DNA from: Cenococcum geophilum | Taxonomy: Eukaryota | NCBI GenBank assembly: GCA_050273025.1 | Contig: CP158635.1 | Span: 14,260,001-14,324,000 of the forward strand | Direction: 5' to 3' | DNA: 64,000 bases | Part shown: in pieces, positions 12,160 to 25,380 of the stretch | How positions within the stretch are numbered: the first letter of the stretch is position 1 | Layout of the letters: every line of letters starts with the position of its first letter | Position numbers and translations under genes: made by a program | The notes under the pieces: model-generated | What the model was told of the DNA's origin: nothing | The model's database searches: none | What the model saw: the letters and a program-made list of their open reading frames with translations, nothing else

Positions 12160-15100
12160 TGTTAGCGACTCAGTCAATCGAGATATAAGTACGGCAAAAT
12201 GGTCGCGCAAGCCTGTATGATTAGATTGTCTATAAACGAGAATCTAAAGCTAAAGAAAGGAAAGGAGAAGAAGGGGAGTGCTGCTTGAAGCTATATACAA
12301 TCTTCGCGTTACGTGACCGCAATATGCGGTAATCTGTGGCAACTTGCCGGTGCGTAGTTCTGCCAAGTTCTGCTAGTGCCGTAATATTATCCCCCCCTCT
12401 AAAAAAGCCTGCCCTTAGGCTTTGCCGCTAAAAGTCTTGGCAAAAGAATCTAACTAATTAGATAACTTTAACCGCCGGTTAAAGTTCCTAGATATCTTAA
12501 CACCTTACGTGACTAAGAAATTTCTAGGGCGTTTTTGTCCTTATATTCTTCTAGTAGCTTATTGTCTTCGTTATACTAGCATTCTATCCACTTATCTAGG
12601 TACTTTAGCGGTCCGGGTTTATTAGGGTAATAGCTATAAAACTCCTAAAGCTTATAGGGGCTACCTATAAAGTTCTATATAGGGTACTAAGTGGGGTCTG
12701 GGTTATATCCTTTCCAACTAATATAATACTTTAACGTTCCCTTTATAAGTTTACAGGCCAGTATTTCTTCAATTTCCTATTTATTATCGTCGTTAACTTA
12801 AATTAGCAGGGGAGGTTCATTCTTTTATCCGGGCAGTAGGTTATTTATAGCTTTTTATAGCTTATCCGGTAAGAAAATAGGGTGGACTTTAATTAAGTCT
12901 GGGAGCTTAACCTTATATAAGTTGCCTACTTTATTAAGAATCTTATACGGTCCTGCTATCTTATAGTCCAGCTTACGGCTAGGCCGTTCTGTCTTTTAGT
13001 TCTTTATTATAACCCAAACCATATCGCCTACAGTAAAGTCAGGCTCGCGCCTATGCTTATTTACCTACTATTCTATTAATTTCTGGGCCTTTTCTAGGTT
13101 TATATAGGCTACTTTCCAGGCTTCTTTTAAGCGCTTAGCGTACTACTAGGCTTCCTTATAAGATAGTTTTTCGCGTATAGTCTAGGGCCCTTCTGGTCTT
13201 TCCTAGTTAAAGCTTATATGGGGTAGGTAACCCATTTCTAGTTAAATAGGGGCAAATCCGGTAGAGTCGTGGGGTAAGGTCACTTAGGCGTAGTTTATTA
13301 AGGGCAATAGTTCAGCCTAGTTATTCTAGAAGTAGTTAACGAAAGGCCGGAGTCTCTAGTCCAAGTATTAATTTATAATCTCCGTTTAACCGTCTGTCTA
13401 GGGGTAATATGCCATAAAAAGCTTTAGCTTAATGCCTAGGATCTAGGTAAACTCATTCTAAAAGGCTAATATAAACTGCGGCCCGTAATTAGATATAATA
13501 GTATCTAGTGGTCCGTAAATTCGGTAGACATAGTAGATATATAGTTAGGCTGCCTCTTTAATATTAATATTCTTATAACAGGGAATTAAAAACGGGCGCT
13601 TGCCGAAGCGGTTAACCAGGATTATAACTATATCATATCCGTTACGGTCTAAAGGTAGCTTATAAAAGTCTATAGAGACATATTGCTAGGGGCGGTTAGG
13701 TATTAGGAGGGGTTTTAATAGTCCTAGGGTCTTATCTCGTGGGATTATAAACCTACGGCAGTTGTTGCAGTTCCATACATAGCGGTTAATATCTATAACC
13801 ATTCCGGGCTAGTAGTAGCGGTCGCTAATAATCCTGCGGGTCTTATTCTTTCTAGGGTGGGCCGTAGAGACCTAGGTATATGCTTTAGCAATAAGCCAAA
13901 TCCATAAGTTCTGTTTCTCTACCACTACCAGCCGTTCCTAATGCTTAAGTAATCCATTTTTGAGGGACTATAGGCTGGTAACGTTCTTTGCCTTTTCACG
14001 GTACTCCTATAGAGAAGGGGCCGTACGGTTTATCTACAGCAATTTGTTAATTAAGTTAAGTCCTAAAGGGTTAATAGGATATATCTTGGCGCCTAAGGGG
14101 TCTATACTTAGTTCTGCCTATATCCGGGGGTTAAGGTGCTCTGGTTATAATAGCGTCTAGGTCCGTAATAAGATCTTTACAGCCATATAGTTACCTAGGT
14201 CTTATTCGCGCCTAGTAAGAGCATCCGCACGGTTCGCAGCGCCTGGTCTATATATAATTAAGAAGTTAAACTAAGATAAGACGTCCGCCCAGCGTGCCTG
14301 CCGGGCCGTAAGGGCCTTAATTATTATAAAGTATTCTAGGGCCTTATAATCTAACACTACTTTAATAGGTTTAGGGGTCCCCTCTAGCTATATACGCTAG
14401 TGCTAAAAGCTAGAGATAATAGCCAGCATTTCTTTATCATAGATGTGGTAGTTTAGTTCAGCATCTATTATAGTCTTTAAATAGTATGCGACAGGGTGCC
14501 ATTCTCCGTCCGGTTACTTCTGGGGAAAAACACCGGCTATTGCGCTATCTAAGGCATTAGTTTCTAGCATTAAGGGCCGTTCTAGGTTAAAGTAGGTAAA
14601 TAAGGGGGCCGACACTAGCCGTTTTTTAAGCTTATTAAAGGCCTGTATATATATGGCGTTAAAGTAAAAGGGCTGGTCTTTCCTAGTAAGGCGGTTAAGA
14701 GGCTAGGTAATTCTGCTATAGTTCTTAATAAAGCGTCGGTAGAAGTTATAGAAACCTAAAAATAATTACACCCCCTTTACGGTCCAAGGGGGCGTCTACT
14801 AGTCAATTATGGTCGTTTTCTCTAGGTCGGCCTTAATTCCGTCCGTGCTAATAATAAAACCTAGGTACTTTATACGCTTAATACTGAATTCTAACTTCTT
14901 AATATCGGCCTAGAGGCCAGCTTTACGGAGCCGTTATAGGACTTTATAGACGTGCTCCTTATATTCTAGTTCGTTTTCCAAATAGATTATAATATTATCT
15001 AGATAGGCCGTATAGAAGTTATTAAGGTAGTTAAAGAGTATATTATTTATATACCGCTAGTACGTAGCTAGTCTATTAGTTAGTCTAAAAGGAAGTACCT

Positions 15101-18100
15101 TATATTTATACATCCCGTAACGGGTCTAGAATGTAGTAAAATCCTTAAACCTAGAATCTATCCTAATTCGATAAAAGGCCTAGCAGATATTAAGCTTTAT
15201 AAAAACCTTAGCTTTACTTATTTAGGTAAGAGTCTTATTAAGTAAGGGTAGCGGGTAGCGGTCCTTGCGGGTTATATTATTTAGCTTATAGTAGTCAATA
15301 CAGAAGTATAGTCCTCTATTTAGCTTTTTAACAAAGAGAATAGGGGAGTTAAAAGGGGCTTAGCTAGGCTCGATAAAGCCCTTATTTAGGTTATCAATAA
15401 GGTACTACTTTATAGCCTATAATTCGGCAATAGACTATAGATAGAGAGGGCTAAAGCTAAGGGTACTTCCCTTATCTTACTTGATCTTAATCTTATAGTT
15501 ATATAGTTAGTAGGGTGGAAGCATATTAGACACTACCTTAGAGAATATGTCCTTAAATTTCCGGTATTAATCGGGCAGTTTTTACTCCACTAGTTCTTTA
15601 TCTGTAAGCCCGCTTTCCTATCCACTAAGCTCGCTTTCTTTTTCCTTAATTATTTGGTTAATTTTATATAGGCTAGTTATAAAGGCAATGGTATTAGGCT
15701 AAACCAGGTTCTAGTAGAATCCTATAGCGCTAATACAGCAGACATTAACTAGTAGGAGGTCCGTAGGTTTCTTTGGCGTCCATCGGGCCGTGGTTTGCAG
15801 TATAGGGTTTATAGTCTTCCTTAGCTCACGTTCCATTTTCCATAAGTTATCCTTCCTATCTATTAGTTTAGTATAGCGTCCGATATCCTTAGCTTTCCTT
15901 TATAGCTTTATAGGGTTCTCTATAAGGAACTTAGCTAGGTTACTACCAACTTCCTAGGTCTTTAGTGCGGGTGGCGTAACATAGGTAGTTTAGGGGCGGT
16001 GTAGTATATGGATCCGTTGCGGGTTAAGCTATACGTCCTTCTTAAAGGCTTAGTCTCTGCGTATAGCATCGGCCTAGTAAATGGTATTAATCTAGGGCCG
16101 TATAAGGTTTTCTATTATAATGCTGATTTCTTTTATAAAGGAAGGGGTTAGGGGTAGAGTTTCGGGCTAGATAAGCCGTCTACTCCGTACTTTAAGCTAT
16201 AAGCCTAAATAGGCTAGCCATTTTCTTTCTAAAATTATATTATGGCTTCCTAAGTCCGTAATAAGAAAGGGGATATTATACTACCTTCGTCCGTTAACGC
16301 GGAGGTGGATCCGCAAGATAGTTATAATAGGTGGCCCTATTTATCCGTTATAACCGCAAATAGGGATTGGTTTAGGCAGTTCTTTAAGAGGTACATTTAA
16401 AAAGTCAGCTAGTTTTACAGCGTATTTTATATTAATTAAGGTAAAGGCATTTGCTCCTAAGTTAGCTAAAGCAAAGGTTAAAACTTAATATCTATTACGA
16501 AATAAAGTATAAGGGATAGTGCAGCTTTTTCTACTAACTAGCTAATCTAGATTAATATGTGATATATTAATCCCTTTTAACCCTAGAGAGGAGTCTTCCT
16601 CTAGGGTTCCTCTTTTTCCGGCTCCGTACTATCCTCCTGAATTAATAGGACCTTATTTATTCTTGCCTTTATTAGGCAGTTCCTTATAGGGTGGCCTATT
16701 TAACCGTATAAGAAGTAAGCTCCTTAATTGCTAAGGGCCTATATATAGGGGTCGCTATATATAGGCCGGGTGTATACCGGGCCCGTAGCAGGGGTAGCTG
16801 CGCGGCTAGCTGCCAGGTTGGCTATAGGAGTTGCCGATTATACTAGGGCACTATAGGCCGTACTCGCAGTACTTGCGGCCTGGTTTGTAAGGTTTCTAGT
16901 TTTTAGCTAGTTAGCGCGTACCTTAATTTAATAGAGGCCTTAGTTAATAGCTAGGCAATAGTCTATAAGTTCCTTTAACGTCTATGCTATAGTATAAGCT
17001 GGCAATACAGCCTACTATAGGTCTAGGGTAAGCTTATTAAAGAGGTCTGGTAGTAGGTCTTCCTAGGAGATCTAGGCCTGTCTGGCTAGGTATAGAAAGC
17101 GGGTTTGGAAGGCTAAAAAGGTCTCCGTTATTTTTATATTTAGGCTTTTATAGCTAAGGCGGGCGTTTTATACTTTAAAAGGGTCCTTATAAATAGAAGA
17201 CAAGTGTTTAATTATTTCTTCTTTAGAGATAAAGGGGTTTATTAAGTCTTTAGTGTATTACGGGCGTAAATGCGTCTAGGCGTCTCCGCCAGTACGGCCG
17301 AAGACGTAGGCCATTCTAGCTTGGGCGTTAGGGAAGTGGTCTACATTAACTTTAAGCTTATCCCGTAATTGGAGCTTCTAATTATTAAATATAGGGTCGG
17401 TTCCGTTTATAAGTAGTAGGGGGTCCGCGACCTTTACTAACCGCTTTAGTGCTGCATAGGCCTTGGTGGATCCACTAAGGCGCTAGGATAGGGCCTAAAG
17501 GACTATAGTAAGTCTTTAGTTATCTAATAATGACTCATTATTAGATATAGGGGTATCTCTGGCTTTAAGCAGCTCTTACAATTATTTAATTTCAGCATTG
17601 GCAGCCGCAAGCTCCGCCTAGGGGGTTAAAACGTTAATTATTTCTTTATCTAAAGTATTTAAGGGTCCTACAGCTGCTTTACCTGCTGCTATGGTTTGTG
17701 GCATAGTAGTAGGGGTATTAAGTAATTCCGGGTAATTTCTTTAGGGGTTCTGGTCTGTGCGTGTCTTATAGGTTCTTTTCTTAGGGTTCTGTTCTTTTCT
17801 TTTAGGTCCTGTCCTTATGGTCCTAGTAATGTCCTTAGGGTCCTATTCTATGTTCTCGTAGATATATTTAAGTTCCTTCTCAGGAAGAAAGAGTAGAGTG
17901 AGCTTTAGATAATGTTAGCGACTCAGTTAATTAAGACATAAGTACGGCAAAATGGTCGCGCAAGCCTATACGATTAGATTGTCTATAAACGAGAATCTAA
18001 AGCTAAAGAAAAGAAAGGAGAAGAAGGGGAGCGCCGCTCGAAGCTATATACGATCTTCGCGTTACGTGACCGCAATATGCGGCAATCTGTAGCAACTTGC

Positions 18101-18139
18101 CGGTGCGTAGTTCTGCCAAGTTCTGCCAGTGCCGTAACA
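12160..18139 (-). mobile_element. Full-length RIP-inactivated Ty3/gypsy chromovirus
   Basis: 227-bp LTRs 12160-12386 and 17913-18139; TSD GTAAT/GTAAC. PPT (minus AGAGGGGGGGATAA) next to the left LTR. RT AYLD(N)I at ~14994-15005, RNase H and integrase remnants, and chromodomain 'EIEEILACKL..GTLKYYISWKGY.PDPT' at ~12670-12780. Confidence 0.95.
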
Positions 18140-19265
18140 GTAACTTCTTATTAATTAACTAGACGCTATATACTATAGATATACTTATTAAACACTTTAA
18201 GCGGTTAAAGGTAAGCTTTTTAATTATAATTAAGGCTTTACTAATTGGTAATTTTATAGAATTAATATTGCCTAAATCTATACCTTCTTTTAGCTATTAT
18301 TATAAGCTAATATACCTTTAATAAATACTATAAGCTTACTAATAATACATCTATATACGCTGCTTTAATCCTCCTTTACCCTTTACATTAGAAAACCTAT
18401 ATTAAAAGGCACTGGAATAAGAAGTAGTATAAGTAATTATTTGCTGTAGTAAGGAAGCTTTAGAAGAACTAATATATATATTATAAAGTTAGACTAGAAC
18501 TTACCTCTACTAATTACTCTACTAAGCCTTCTAAAACAGAACTTTATATACGTATACTTAATATTACTAATAGCGTAGAAGATAAGTATAAAGACTTTAT
18601 TAACTTAAAGCCTATTTTAATCTAAGGTATAGTACTAAAGTAGTAGCTTAATCTAACTTATAGAGCCAACTACCTATAACTCTCTTAAATAGCAATTAAT
18701 ATATTATTTATACCGTTAATATTAGCAGAGGCTAAGCGAGTCTTTTTAGGTATACGGTAAATAGTCTTATAGGAGCGGATATTACTAGGTAGTATGAGTA
18801 TTAAACGTACAAAGTGCTTAAAGAGTTAGTTATTAAGTAATATTACCACTAATAGGAGACTTATGGCGATAAACGTAGTATAAGAGGCTTTTAAACTCTT
18901 GGCAGAATATAGAGAGTAGCTAATACCTACTACACCACACCAAGGATTACGAACTTAATAATAGTGGTAAAAAAGCGGTTATAAGAGAGTAGCTGTTTTA
19001 AAGCTCTACTAAAGCTTAGGGGTGTACGGAGCCTACTTGTAATTAAAACACTATACCAAGACTGTACTACATTTAATATTTAATATCTTTTTAATACTGA
19101 ATTACTATTCAATATTAATATTAATACGGCCTTATACTGATATTGAATACTGATGGAAGCCCTGCCTGTTATGTCCCCACCAAGAATTTCTTGATCATAG
19201 AAGTCTGCTACCAGTACTCCTTCTCTTCTATTTCACCTATTTTCTCACCTTTCTTATACTACACT

Positions 19266-22200
19266 CTAAAACAGATATTCAGCCCATCGTATCTCATGAT
19301 GATCTTGTAGACAACCTCGAAAACTGGCGCTTTCCTCCCCTTCCCTCCGGGAATTACGGGAGCTAGATGTTCTTCCGTCTTTAGGTGAGTCATGTCGATT
19401 TTGAAAGCCAGCTCCCTTGTTGAGTACGCTGAACATTTTGGTTAGCAGGGTCCTTAGATCGTACATATACAATATACTATTACCAACATTCCTCTCATGA
19501 TCCTCGTCATAATAGCTTTCCATTTTCTCACCCTAATTTAAAAGACCTCTTCGCATATCAACCCTTCTTCGGGTATCTCGAAGATATGGAGGCAATCTAG
19601 TTCGGTGAACCATCCTGGGCAAAGAGGCTCGCCCTATCATCTATCTATTAGAAGAGCCCAACAAGATTGGGCGCTAAACACTGCACCACCTGACCTTTTG
19701 TACAAAAAAATACAGAGTTGGTATCTATGTCTTGCCATCGAAGTCGCATCGGAAGGTTCTGAGCTCCCGTTTGGGGATCCTAGCATGCCCGTTAAATCGT
19801 CGTGGCTGATACATTTCATAACGCAGAAAGCTGTAGCTGCAGCGGGCATGCCGTTCGGGTGTTGACCCGGTTAGTCGGTCGAGAGCTCTTTGTGTTCCAA
19901 ATCTCTCAAGCACGGCTTCTTAATCGAACGCTCCGAGAACTGCTCCGCAAGAAACTGCATTCTCCCTTCATATGATATCAGCACAAAGCTGGATGGGGTT
20001 TTGGAATAGCTTTACTCACGCATTCCTGCCATCGGAAGTGTCAACGAGATCTGTCTTGTAACCGCGGTAGCTCGTGACCCTGTATCTCTTTCGGGGTTCA
20101 CTCTTCAGGCGCTCTCGGAGGGCTGGTGACCTTCCAAATCCGCCGGCGAGGATAACTTTCTATAGAAGGTAAGCTGCTCTTGTTCTTACTTCAAGACAAT
20201 CTTCAGAAGGGTAATACTTGCAGTCGGATAGTGGCCCTTTTCTTCTACCAGTTCCAGCTGCTGATGCATAACCTTAGCAGCACCCTCCAAGTATGGGCGG
20301 AAGATTTTCCATAAGTCCTGTCTAGGTAAGGTTCAGAAATATTCAAGGGCACGTTCGGTTGCAAATCGCCTCCATATCATAATCTGTTCAATCCGTGCGC
20401 CTTTTAGTGTCGTCCGTTTGTAATTAGTGGCGGCTACTACTGTAGCTCATTTGAATCTGTAATTGAGTCGATTGTTCGGTTGCAGCTCCAGAATAAGGCT
20501 CCATATTTGACTTCGTGATTAATGTCGGTGAGCAATTCGAATGGGCCGCTCTCTGCCACCAGGCCTCTATCGCGATTCCCTACTTTAGTGTAGCAATGGA
20601 GCCTCCTCCTCGGCCAACGCCCTCTCTGCAATCGACGTTTCCTACATCTTTGCCCACCTCCCGTACGAGCCATAGTAGAGTTACAGCGACGCCCGTGTAT
20701 AAGCCCCCTTGGAAACGGGCTTATCGCGATCACAAAAGTTAAGATAATAATATTATATAAGGCTTGCAAATGCGACTGTAGTGTCGCAACTGGGGCATGT
20801 GGAGTCGCCATATTACAAGAAGTCGTGACTTTGGCGCGTACGCAAGAGCTCTATATTGATATGGAATATGGAACAGGAGCTGAAGCTACATATTAAAACG
20901 GTGCCAAGAACCTCATTTTAACTACCGTATACAGTATAGCTTGCAAATTTGACGCGCTTACCGATATGGAGGAGCTCCATATTCAAAGGCCGTCAGATTT
21001 ACCGAACAACACCCTCATATTCAGATTTGAGCTCCATTTCCGTTACAATATGGAGTTGCAACCGAACATGCCCCAAGATGTCAGGATACTGAAAGTAACA
21101 ATCATACTTCGATAAGATTATGCCATTGCAGTCAAAGCGTCGTTTAGCGTCCGAATTTACACCGTATATCTTAACACGTTCATCTAGCATGATGGCTGAG
21201 GTGCCGAATGTTCTCTTGATCAAATGTTCGAATACATTCACCGCGCTTTCAATCCCGCACTCGAAAGTGCTGTTTCCAACCTTGAGAGCCCGAGATAACT
21301 GCTTCCATGCAGATGTCAGCCTCGCACGAATATGCTTTCGAAGCTCATCATTTAGGAAGCTTGAACCACAAAGCTTGCCTAGTTCCGTTAACATACATCT
21401 CAGGAAATACAGGTAGGTTGACTTACTTCCACTCGGGACTTCCTCAAGACACTTTAGCCTTAGCGGATACTTTTGGTCAACCTTGTAGGTATGGCATCTA
21501 CTGTTCCGCCCCCAGCATCTAGAATAGTGGCTATTTCACCTTCCTGCAAGAGTTAGTGGAAAGGCCAGCCCTTGAGCACTGACCCTTGCATTTCACGTAC
21601 CAACACAAGCTTCTTATTATCCTCTAGCACATAATAGGCTGCAGCCTCCGGCTCAGAGACGAAGAATAATTATCTCCTCTGTCCAAAATTGAGCGATTTA
21701 GTAGCTTTCAGCAACGCTGACTAGACTATCCGGCGGGCCCTTGGTTGGCAGATGGGTGGGACGGCGAGGATGAACCCCACTCTCATCCCAGATTGAAACC
21801 TAACTTCTTCAACTTGCGTCTTCGCATGTCGCAGTACCGCATAAAAGAAGTCTGAGAACAACTGTGCCTCATTCCTGATTATTTTATTGCGTATGAGATA
21901 TTCTATCACAGAATTGAGCTCCTCTTGGAGGTGAGCTGTTGATTCGGATGCAAAGAACCTGATCCTTGGTCTCGTGACACGTCGAAGTTTACGTCCGCCA
22001 TGGTTACGATTAGTGTCCACATACTCCAGGTGCTTCTCCACATACAATCCCCAGCGATAGTTCTTAGGATGCAAATAAACCCTCTCGCTTCGTTCCTGAT
22101 AGGAATATGTTAACATGACAGTATTTTCTGTGTTCTTTGAGGTGTTTACCGAGCTATTATCAATAGGCGGACTAGAACTCCGACAGCGTCTTCCATACTC

Positions 22201-22696
22201 GCCCTCAGAGTCATTCGATTGTAAAGCCTTCAGGACGAAAGCGCTCCATGTCTTTGGCATTCTGAGGATAACAGCTCTCCGTAGGAATGGCTCTTTCTCC
22301 AATCATATGTGCTTTCTCCTAAGCTCCCGGATATTTTCCGACACATCGGATCATACTTGTTGAAATACGCTCGCCATTGCTACTGTCTATCACGAAGGCA
22401 ATGCCGGTGTAAGTAGCGCCAATAGCGATTATGGCTCGAGCATTAGGATCAATCGGCCTCTCTTCGTCATTCTCGGTCTCGTATTCCGTACGGAACCGAC
22501 AATCGTAAGGTGGAACAACAGAATCAAGAGAGCGCATCGATATAGGCCGTTGACTACTTGGGCTTAAGTTTCCCGACATGACTAAGGGGAATGATATGTT
22601 CAGCCAGCAGGAGAGTTTACTATGTCCACAATCCGATTTCCATGGAGACTCCAGAAGGATCCGCAACGGCGAAGTTGAGTGAAAGTGAACACTCAA
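19266..22696 (-). pseudogene. HSPA12-like fungal Hsp70 / actin-like ATPase domain gene, disrupted
   Basis: Motifs IIAI-GATYTGIAF (usual DF missing), FILAVPP, FVSEPEAAA (~21640), LDAGGGTVD (21496-21522), GKLCGSSFLN and VILAGGFGRSPAL (~20120-20157). In-frame TAG at 21721-21723 and a frameshift near 22310. Exact gene ends are uncertain. Confidence 0.82.
20347..21073. mobile_element. 727-bp PIF/Harbinger (Tourist-like) MITE inside an intron of the Hsp70-like gene
   Basis: TIRs GGGCAYGTTCGGTTGCAA at both ends and a 3-bp TSD CAA. Removing it leaves a short GTATGA...CTAG intron that joins ..IILSK|QDLWKIF.. in frame. Confidence 0.85.
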
Positions 22697-23219
22697 GAAT
22701 TGACCTGAATTATGGCAGATCCCTTCGCAGTTTCCATCAAATTAGACTGCCCGAGTGCTCGGACTCACGGCACAGTGGCTTTTAGTGGTTCGTTACCGTG
22801 CCTACTGCTGTTTCAGCCCTAGCCTAATTCCACACTCTTATACCACCTGTCAACTCCGCCATTTCGTTTCTGTGTGCTCCCGTATCCGCATCCAATCGGC
22901 TCTCTACTAGCTTACAGATTGACTTGGTTTATACCGCTGACTGTCTCAGCCTTGTCTCTTGATCTGGATGACCTAATCTCAGGGAAGAAAGGAGTCTATT
23001 AGAGCAAAGTCCTGCTGCGGCCGCAAACGCCGTTTCCAGTGCTGCTATAAGTGCAGCTCCCGATGCAGGTCGATCGGGGCGTTGGTCCTATAGGATAGGC
23101 TACTTTTTATATTTTCAGGAAACCTGCAGCTCTGTCAATTCTCACGGAATCGATTTCAGGGTTTCCCGGGGTCCCTCGACATTTACAGAATTAGAGCAAA
23201 ACTCTTAAACTCGTACATC

Positions 23220-25380
23220 ATGTCCAGCAACCACCTTGCAACATCGTCCCCAGCGTCAACCAAGTCACGACCACTGAAAGCTAAACGGACGAGAGATCAT
23301 GAGGCGGTCATCCTGGCCTATAAAATACTCACTTCCTTTGAAGAATTCAAATTTATAGTATGTGCACCTCTAAACGGCAAATTTGGGACAAATTACACTG
23401 TCCCCGCAATCAACTCGAGGTTGTGGCAGCTGGGCCCATATTCAAGGAACGCCTTTCTCAAGCAAAAGATTCAGGGTTGGACTGCATAAGAGATGATGAG
23501 CTCAGGCCTATGGTTGCTTGCGAAATTCAGCTACTAAAGAAAGCAGAATCTACTCAGCAATCATCGCCTAGTTCAACTATTGATTCATTGAACGATCAAG
23601 TACCATGTGATTCAGATTCTCGAAGACTAGGATATGCTGAGAACTGTACGAAAGCGCTTGAGGACGCAAATTAAAGCCGGCAGGTTCAGCGATGTACCAG
23701 AGCCTACATGAACAGATGCGCAAAGGAATACGTGGAAGAAAACTAAAGGTATTAGTTAGGTAAGGTACCCTCATATATCTATGCTATGGTATTCTCAAGG
23801 CACTGATATTGCAGAAGAATTCGTGTTATATCTGTGGTTCCCACCTTCTATCACAATCCTCACATAGTAACGAGAGCATTTCGTCTTGTATACATTTACG
23901 GCAGATCGAAAAACAAACAACCTCCAAGAGCTATGGAGCCCTAAGTGGTCCGAACGGTCAAAACCTGCAAAAGCAAAGCTTTAATGCTCTTTTAATAGAA
24001 AGCCAACTTCTCAAGCAGGCCTTGTCGGACAAACAGACGGTTGGCCAAGAGAACCTTGCTGTGGGCTGGAACTTTGACCGGAAATTCTGAATGCGAAAGT
24101 TCCAAACTCGAAACCAAGTTCAAGGACTTAAGTTACGAGATAGGGCTAAGGAAATCTGTCCAATAGCAGATCCAGTGCAAGATGGGGGAATTAGACCAGC
24201 AAGCGAAAGAGAACGTGGCTCGACCAATGTTTGACGTGGCGAAGTTGGCTTCAAGGATTTCAAGCCTTGAGAGCGGTTACAGAACTCTTCGATACGAACT
24301 GACTTCAAAAGACTCTCCACAGCAACACAAGGAACGAGCCTTCCTAGAAATTTTAAGAGAAAAGCAACGTCAAGTTGATTATTAGAGCGGGGAAATAAGT
24401 TTACACTGGCGTTGGAATGTCCGGCTGACTTCTTGCGAGCCGACCGAAGCACCATATTGTTGCAAATGATAGATTTCAGTGCGTATTTAAGGCAGAGCGC
24501 ATTGGCGCTTGGCGATAGCACGTGTTACAAAACCTTCACTTACCGAACACCAATGCCCCGAATCTTTAGTTCGCCGAAGCCTGGTGCTAGGTGTAGGCGG
24601 CCGCGATGTACTGGAACCCAAGTGGGCGGACTTTCTAGTGCTCAACACGCATGTCATTCTACAAGCGCTGATATCATCAGCGCTATGTCAACGGGTCTTT
24701 GAGAGCACATTTCCTGCCTCAGCGGCTGAATCGCAGTTGCTATTAGAGAAGTTTAGAGAATTTGTTCAGAATACAAGTGAGCCAGAACAAGAAGAACATC
24801 ATCGTCATTACTTAGTGATTGCTAACGCTGGGCAGGTGATGCATCGGTTTTGGGGCATCTTGACTTTGCAGCACATCAGGCTCAGCCCTCTCGGACCAGC
24901 TTTCACGAACTCTTGCTCCCATATTTTCCTCAAGCGTGCCTGCTATGACTACCGCTATGAACGTCTCGAATCCCAATCACATCACGTTTGAGACTAGGGG
25001 AAGCCGAAAATGATTGGATGGCTCGAGAAGGACGCTTTACAGATAGAGCATTGAAATTCAAGGCAGAACTTCTGGCTAGTACTGGTGAATACGAAATGGT
25101 AATTCCAGCCCCCGGGACCGCTTTGGACAGCAGAGATATGGACGAATACATAGATACCTCTTCCAGAGGCCTTAATTACTCTGGCAGGCCTGCAGAAGTC
25201 GAGATATGCATTCTTCCATCTTTCTACAGATACCCGCAGCAGAATGAAATAGTTGGTGGGAAAATTCTCCTTCATCCCATCAATTACCAAAACTTCTTGC
25301 GGAACACTAGCTCAAGGGGCGAAGCGATGTGTATCAGTAGAGCCCTAGTCATCCTGAAAGATGATAGCGGCCGGCTTTGA
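23220..25380 (+). pseudogene. Degraded uncharacterised fungal protein (probable coiled-coil middle, conserved-looking C-terminus), divergent from the Hsp70-like gene
   Basis: Chain of plus-strand ORF fragments in shifting frames with plausible GT..AG introns (~23760-23814, ~24777-24835). C-terminal block RALKFKAELLASTGEYEMVIPAPG...VEICILPSFYRY...ISRALVIL. Confidence 0.55.

Larger units (their letters stand above)
5234..19164 (+). mobile_element. RIP-degraded hAT DNA transposon in three pieces (5234-5310, 11581-12159, 18140-19164); left end outside the window
   Basis: After removing the two inserted retroelements the frame reads, de-RIPed, GDNHGSNDKMCR, RCSGHIINL.LQAF, GKVHNL, TEGDFSSIDQTL, DKYYKLTD...YAAS.LLHP and the dimerisation domain YPQLS.MAIDILSIP.MSAEAERVFSG. 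The right end reads CAGGGCTTCC on the minus strand at 19164, with AATATT/AATACTG subterminal repeats. Confidence 0.88.

Noticed and set aside
1..19164. Centromere or telomere
   Set aside because: No TTAGGG arrays. AT-richness is explained by RIPed TEs, and centromere identity cannot be read from sequence alone.
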